Source: a bacterium (lineage in GTDB: Bacteria > Patescibacteriota > Minisyncoccia > Phycocordibacterales > UBA1006). Taken from it: 64,000 bases of DNA. The translations under genes were made by a program, and so were the position numbers. Position 1 is the stretch's first letter; each line of letters opens with the position of its first letter. Shown one piece after another: positions 59,831 through 64,000 of this stretch. Below the pieces are notes generated by a model. That model made no database searches and was not told where the DNA came from. It was given only the letters and a program-made list of their open reading frames with translations. The stretch is taken from positions 65,177 to 129,176 of the forward strand of contig JAUIMI010000002.1 in NCBI GenBank assembly GCA_030433255.1, written 5' to 3'.

Positions 59831-60379
59831 TAAAAAGGTTGTTTCATATGAAACAACCTTTTTATATGAGATGAAGTTACATACCAATTAACATGTTTCA
59901 TATGAAACATGTTAATGAGGAGGGTTAGAATATGTTTTTGATTCGTTCTATTTTGTGTTTAACGTTTCTTTTATCTATATAAACAAGATACACATCAAAT
60001 TGTGTTTCATATGAAACATTATGATCTTCTATGTATTTAAACATGGTTTTTTGGAATCTTTTAATTTTTTCACGTGTAACATTTTCCGCTGGATTATATG
60101 TTGTTTCACGTGAAATATTATTTGTGTTTTCACATGAAACACTTTTTACCTCAATAAAATAAATTATATTTGTTTTCTCTGCTATTATATCTATTTCTCC
60201 TGATCGTGCTGTGTAGTTTCTCTCTATTATTTTATAGTTATTATTTTTTAACCATTTTGCACATATTTCTTCGCCAAGTTCACCGGTTTTTTGTGTTTTT
60301 GAAGTAAAACGTTTCATATGAAACTATTTTATCATGATATATGTTTCAACGGCATGAGTGTTTCATATGAAACACTCAT
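59831..60379. promoter_or_regulatory. parS: Cluster of 8 parS (ParB-binding) sites
   Basis: 16-mers matching TGTTTCA(C/T)(G/A)TGAAACA with 0-2 mismatches at 59840, 59894, 60003, 60066, 60102, 60126, 60310, 60359; about 27 kb from oriC. Confidence 0.88.
59925..60317 (-). CDS. yraN: YraN family PD-(D/E)xK endonuclease-like protein
   Basis: GELGEE, IIERNY, GEIDII, FIEVK. Confidence 0.93.
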   Translation of the reverse strand: MKRFTSKTQKTGELGEEICAKWLKNNNYKIIERNYTARSGEIDIIAEKTNIIYFIEVKSVSCENTNNISRETTYNPAENVTREKIKRFQKTMFKYIEDHNVSYETQFDVYLVYIDKRNVKHKIERIKNIF

Positions 60380-60761
60380 AAGTAGTCCTTAGAAATATAT
60401 AATACCTCTATATTATTTCCTTTGTCTTTTATAAAAGACAAATTATAAATGTATATACCTTGTCTTTTATCCCCTTTATACCCGAAGTTATCCACAGGTT
60501 GCTTAATTCAAGTTTTCTGTTCCTTTCTATCTTATTATGTTTTCAGCTAATTCTACTATATTTTCAATTAGATAGTGTTATTTGATTGGACAAAATATTG
60601 CGTCTTTTTTTATTTTGTTGTTTGTTTTCTTGATTTTTTTGATAATTTGTTTTATTTTTACTTGTTTCCTATATTTTTTATTATTTAAAGTAATTTTATT
60701 ACTGAATACTTGATTTAAATAGAGAAATATCTATACTTGGTTCAGCTTTATTAAAGTTTTT

Positions 60762-60833
60762 CCACCTGTGGTGAAATGGATATCACAACGGTCTTCGGAA
60801 CCGTTATTCCAGGTTCGAGTCCTGGCGGGTGGA
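60762..60833 (+). tRNA. tRNA-Arg(UCG)
   Basis: CCACCTG/CGGGTGG acceptor, ACGGT-CTTCGGA-ACCGT anticodon arm, CCAGG-TTCGAGT-CCTGG T-arm. Confidence 0.95.
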
Positions 60834-60931
60834 CATAAAAGAAAAAAGAACAAGGTTTCTCTTGTTCTTTTTTCTTGCGCTATTTATATAAATTAGTATT
60901 GTTAAAATTAAATCTTAAAACTAAATATATT

Positions 60932-61606
60932 ATGCCAAGTATTGTTGTTTACGAAAAAAATACCTTTTCTTTTTTAAAGAGCAAATTACACAATCTGGGT
61001 TTTAGAATGTTATCTCAAAAAGAAGTAGATACTATATTTAAAACCCTTGATTTTAAGGAACCAAGAAATCAAGAGACTGATCCGCGAAAAAATATTCCGT
61101 TTCAGTTTGAATCTAATTATCTTAAAATTACTGTATGGACAAGTTTTCATAGGGATACCTATACAACGACACCTGGTCATTGTGCTTGGGTTATTGTTCA
61201 ATTAGGAGATGTAAGAATTTGGTCATCTCCTCAAATTCGTAGGACTAAGAATTTTTTAGCAAGACTTATTCATTGGGTAACTATTATGAAAGTTTTTGCT
61301 GAAAACAGACCTCTCTGTAAGCAATGTTCTAAAAGAATGCAAAAAACCTTAGACAAGAAAGGGAATAGAAAATGGGTTTGTACTCAAATACATCATCATG
61401 GTAATAGTCAAAAGGTATACCAGTCATGGAACTATTTTAAGCAATTTCTTGATTCTACAGAGATGAAGTTTTTTGCTGAGTGGGAGCGACAGCAAAATAG
61501 ATATGTAAAATGGCGTAAGGACTCAGGATTGCGTGTTCATAAAATCGGAAGTACTCGTAATTCTTGGGAAGTACAGAAACGAGAGAATCTTGTTTCTGTG
61601 GTATAA
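60932..61606 (+). CDS. Hypothetical basic protein with possible zinc ribbon
   Basis: RPLCKQC..WVC..HHH; A-rich leader. Confidence 0.65.
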   Translation: MPSIVVYEKNTFSFLKSKLHNLGFRMLSQKEVDTIFKTLDFKEPRNQETDPRKNIPFQFESNYLKITVWTSFHRDTYTTTPGHCAWVIVQLGDVRIWSSPQIRRTKNFLARLIHWVTIMKVFAENRPLCKQCSKRMQKTLDKKGNRKWVCTQIHHHGNSQKVYQSWNYFKQFLDSTEMKFFAEWERQQNRYVKWRKDSGLRVHKIGSTRNSWEVQKRENLVSVV

Positions 61607-61640
61607 CTTAAAAAAACCACTCAATTGAGTGGTTTTTGTT

Positions 61641-63398
61641 TTACGCTAGGTATTTATGAATATCTTCTTTCGTCATTCCTACTTTTTTACCTGGGTTAAA
61701 AATATTTTTTGGATCCATGATATTTTTAATTTTTGTAAATATACTCATCATTTCGCTCCCAAACATTTGTGGTAGAAATGGTGTCCGGACAATTCCATCA
61801 TTATGTTCCGCAGTAATTGAACCATTATATTCCAAGGCAAGCGCATATACCTTCTCAGAGATTTCAACTATGTGGTCTTTGTTTTGCTGCTTATTCATGT
61901 CAGCAAGAGGTATGATGTGGAAATTTCCATTCCCAAGATGCCCTGCAATAGTGTACATAAACTCATTTTTGTATTCATCAAGAATAGTAATGAGCCGTGG
62001 TAGGTATTCAGGTAGGTATTCAGGGTTTACTGCAATATCATCAATAAATGGAGCTGTTCGAGTTCCTGACCCTTCGGCACGTGATTTAATTGAATGTTCG
62101 GTGAGGAGTTTAAAACTGTCGTGTCTAAAGTCCCAATACTTTTGAGAGGCTCTCCCTTTTACAATGAATGATTTTAGATTTGGTATTTCTGATTGTAAGT
62201 CTTCAAATTCCTTAAGTACTTCTTGATGAACTTTTTCTGGATTATTGTCTGCACTTTCAGCAAGAACAATAAATTTAGGTACACCACCTGTTATCGCCAT
62301 CCAAAATTCAGGTAAGAATCTTATTGAATACCGAATTGCTTGGAAAAATCCCTTATCTTTGATGAAATCTTTAAAGAATTTTACTCCAATTTTAAAAGTG
62401 TTATCGTCATAGAGCTCTATGGTATCAAGGTCGTGTTTTTTTAATACATTAACAATTTTTGGTAACTGATGAATATCATTTACAAATGAAACAATCATTT
62501 CTTCTTTGTTTTCATGTTCTGTTAGTTTATATGTCACCTCAGATATAATTCCTGTGGTACCTTGTGCACCAACAATAAGTTTTGTAAGGTCAAATGTTCC
62601 ACTTCCTTTTTCAAATGCTTCGATTGATGGAGCATCAATAACATCCCATACTAGATATCCTGCCGAGTTTTTTGTTGTTTGAGGTTTTTTTGATTGAATG
62701 AGCTCCCAATTATTTTTTATGAGTTCATATATATCTCGGACAATATCAGAGAGAAAGGTTTTTTTTGTGATGAGTTTGCGCAATTCATCATAGTTTAATG
62801 GCTCAAGAGTGTATTGATTTCCATCCGCAAGAATAACCTTTAGTTTTTCTACAAAGTGTTTATTCTGGCCATACTTTAGTGATTTTTCACCAGCTCCGTT
62901 ATTAGCAACCATTCCGCCAATCGCACAGAGTTTTCGTGAGGCAGGGAAGGTTGGCATGAGCATATTATGTTTCATTGTTTCTTTCTCAAAAGGAATATAT
63001 TTTGTTCCTGGCTCTACCGTTGCCTTACCGGTAATAGGATATGAAAAATTTTCACGCGTCGATTGTGTTCCAAAATCTCCAAGTTCAATGCTCCCAATGC
63101 TATTCATATATTTTGTTACATCAACAATAATAGAATGATTCAGTGACCCTCCAGACATACCGGATCCAGCGGCTCGAGCGGTTAATGACAATTTCTTTGG
63201 AGTATTCTTTGCATTGTATTCATTAACGTACGAAACAAGGTGCTCTAAATCTTGTGCGTGTTTCGGGTACACCACCATATCTGGCATAATTTTAAACAAA
63301 GACCAATCAGTGCTGTGGTTAACTAATTCTTGAGTATCTATAGTTACATCACCTTCTAGTATTTTTGAAAGGTCTATTTTGATTTCATCGTAATTCAT
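61641..63398 (-). CDS. FAD-binding oxidoreductase (GlcD/D-lactate dehydrogenase family)
   Basis: ARAAGSGMSGGS, IGGMVANNG.G, GHLGNGNFH, TAEHNDG, DP.NIFNPGK. Confidence 0.93.
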   Translation of the reverse strand: MNYDEIKIDLSKILEGDVTIDTQELVNHSTDWSLFKIMPDMVVYPKHAQDLEHLVSYVNEYNAKNTPKKLSLTARAAGSGMSGGSLNHSIIVDVTKYMNSIGSIELGDFGTQSTRENFSYPITGKATVEPGTKYIPFEKETMKHNMLMPTFPASRKLCAIGGMVANNGAGEKSLKYGQNKHFVEKLKVILADGNQYTLEPLNYDELRKLITKKTFLSDIVRDIYELIKNNWELIQSKKPQTTKNSAGYLVWDVIDAPSIEAFEKGSGTFDLTKLIVGAQGTTGIISEVTYKLTEHENKEEMIVSFVNDIHQLPKIVNVLKKHDLDTIELYDDNTFKIGVKFFKDFIKDKGFFQAIRYSIRFLPEFWMAITGGVPKFIVLAESADNNPEKVHQEVLKEFEDLQSEIPNLKSFIVKGRASQKYWDFRHDSFKLLTEHSIKSRAEGSGTRTAPFIDDIAVNPEYLPEYLPRLITILDEYKNEFMYTIAGHLGNGNFHIIPLADMNKQQNKDHIVEISEKVYALALEYNGSITAEHNDGIVRTPFLPQMFGSEMMSIFTKIKNIMDPKNIFNPGKKVGMTKEDIHKYLA

Positions 63399-63495
63399 AT
63401 TCGTAGTATATCATTTTTAATACGCTTTCTTGTATTGATACATATAATAAAAAAGATTTATAGCGTAATAAAAAGTACATGGGTATACTATAGAC

Positions 63496-64000
63496 ATGAA
63501 TAAACTAAACAGAAAAGAGATAAAAAAAATATTTGATGAACTTGATATTGATCTTTCTATTGGAGTGAAAGATTCAGATTTAGAAAACCGAAAAAAACAA
63601 TTTGGGACGAACAAGATAGAGCCGAAAAAAAGAGAAAATATATTGATACTTTTTCTTAAAGAATTAAAAAACCCCTTGAATGCTATTCTTATTCTGGCAG
63701 GTATTTTAACTCTTTCTCTGGGTGAACATTTAGATATGTTCGTTATTTTTGCAGCTGTTTTGGTTAACGTATGTATTACTCTCTTTCAAGAGTCACGAAC
63801 AAATAAAACATTTCAAAAATTACATACTTCAAAGGTGTTTGATGTTCTTGTTTTAAGAAATGGACAAAAGGAGGTTGTTCAGGCTGGTGAACTTGTTGTT
63901 GGGGATATTGTATACCTTAACGCTGGAGACAAAATCCCAGCAGATGTACGAGTTATTGAGTACTCTGAGTTTATGGTGGACGAATCATCTTTTACCGGTG
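63496..64000 (+). CDS. Cation-transporting P-type ATPase (partial, runs off window end)
   Basis: Manual translation: FGTN, FQE, ELVVGDIVYLNAGDKIPADVR, VDESSFTG. Confidence 0.93.
   Translation, partial: MNKLNRKEIKKIFDELDIDLSIGVKDSDLENRKKQFGTNKIEPKKRENILILFLKELKNPLNAILILAGILTLSLGEHLDMFVIFAAVLVNVCITLFQESRTNKTFQKLHTSKVFDVLVLRNGQKEVVQAGELVVGDIVYLNAGDKIPADVRVIEYSEFMVDESSFTG

Noticed and set aside
59831-60379. Palindromic repeats as a CRISPR array
   Set aside because: Only a 16-bp core is shared, spacing is irregular, copies lie within yraN, they match parS, and no cas genes are present
60421-60442. 22-bp perfect palindrome TTTGTCTTTTATAAAAGACAAA
   Set aside because: Single AT-rich palindrome with no assignable regulator; not parS-like
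1043-63614. Many 60-170 aa ORFs antisense to or overlapping real genes (e.g. 27159, 45250, 48682, 53550, 61717)
   Set aside because: Shadow ORFs: no motifs or expression signals, and they overlap well-supported genes
1-64000. Full genetic code 25 or 4
   Set aside because: Long conserved genes are intact under code 11, with GGN for Gly and TGG for Trp; only two in-frame TGAs seen

Overview
AT-rich (roughly 30% GC by eye) chromosomal window that looks like a Patescibacteria/CPR (Parcubacteria-like) genome. Evidence: reduced PolA, trigger factor, YebC and Jag, a CPR-type T4SS-like cluster, type IV pilin/PilB, and many secreted proteins. The window spans the replication origin (rpmH-rnpA-yidC-jag divergent from dnaA-oriC-dnaN), four tRNAs (Lys, Gly, Pro, Arg) and a parS cluster partly embedded in yraN. 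Most core genes look monocistronic and leaderless (TGnTATA(C/A)T 6-9 nt before ATG) with short bidirectional terminators. Most striking: (1) scattered accessory genes that combine canonical sigma70 promoters with Bacteroidota-style translation-initiation regions, signal peptides and lipoprotein export signals; (2) no confident gene ends in TGA, yet two genes carry an internal in-frame TGA; (3) an orphan ~190-nt structured RNA with its own promoters and terminator; (4) modular surface proteins sharing a C-terminal Cys/peptidoglycan-binding module; (5) a pilin fused to a Hedgehog/DD-peptidase-like domain. All family calls are from reading motifs by eye; no database searches were run.
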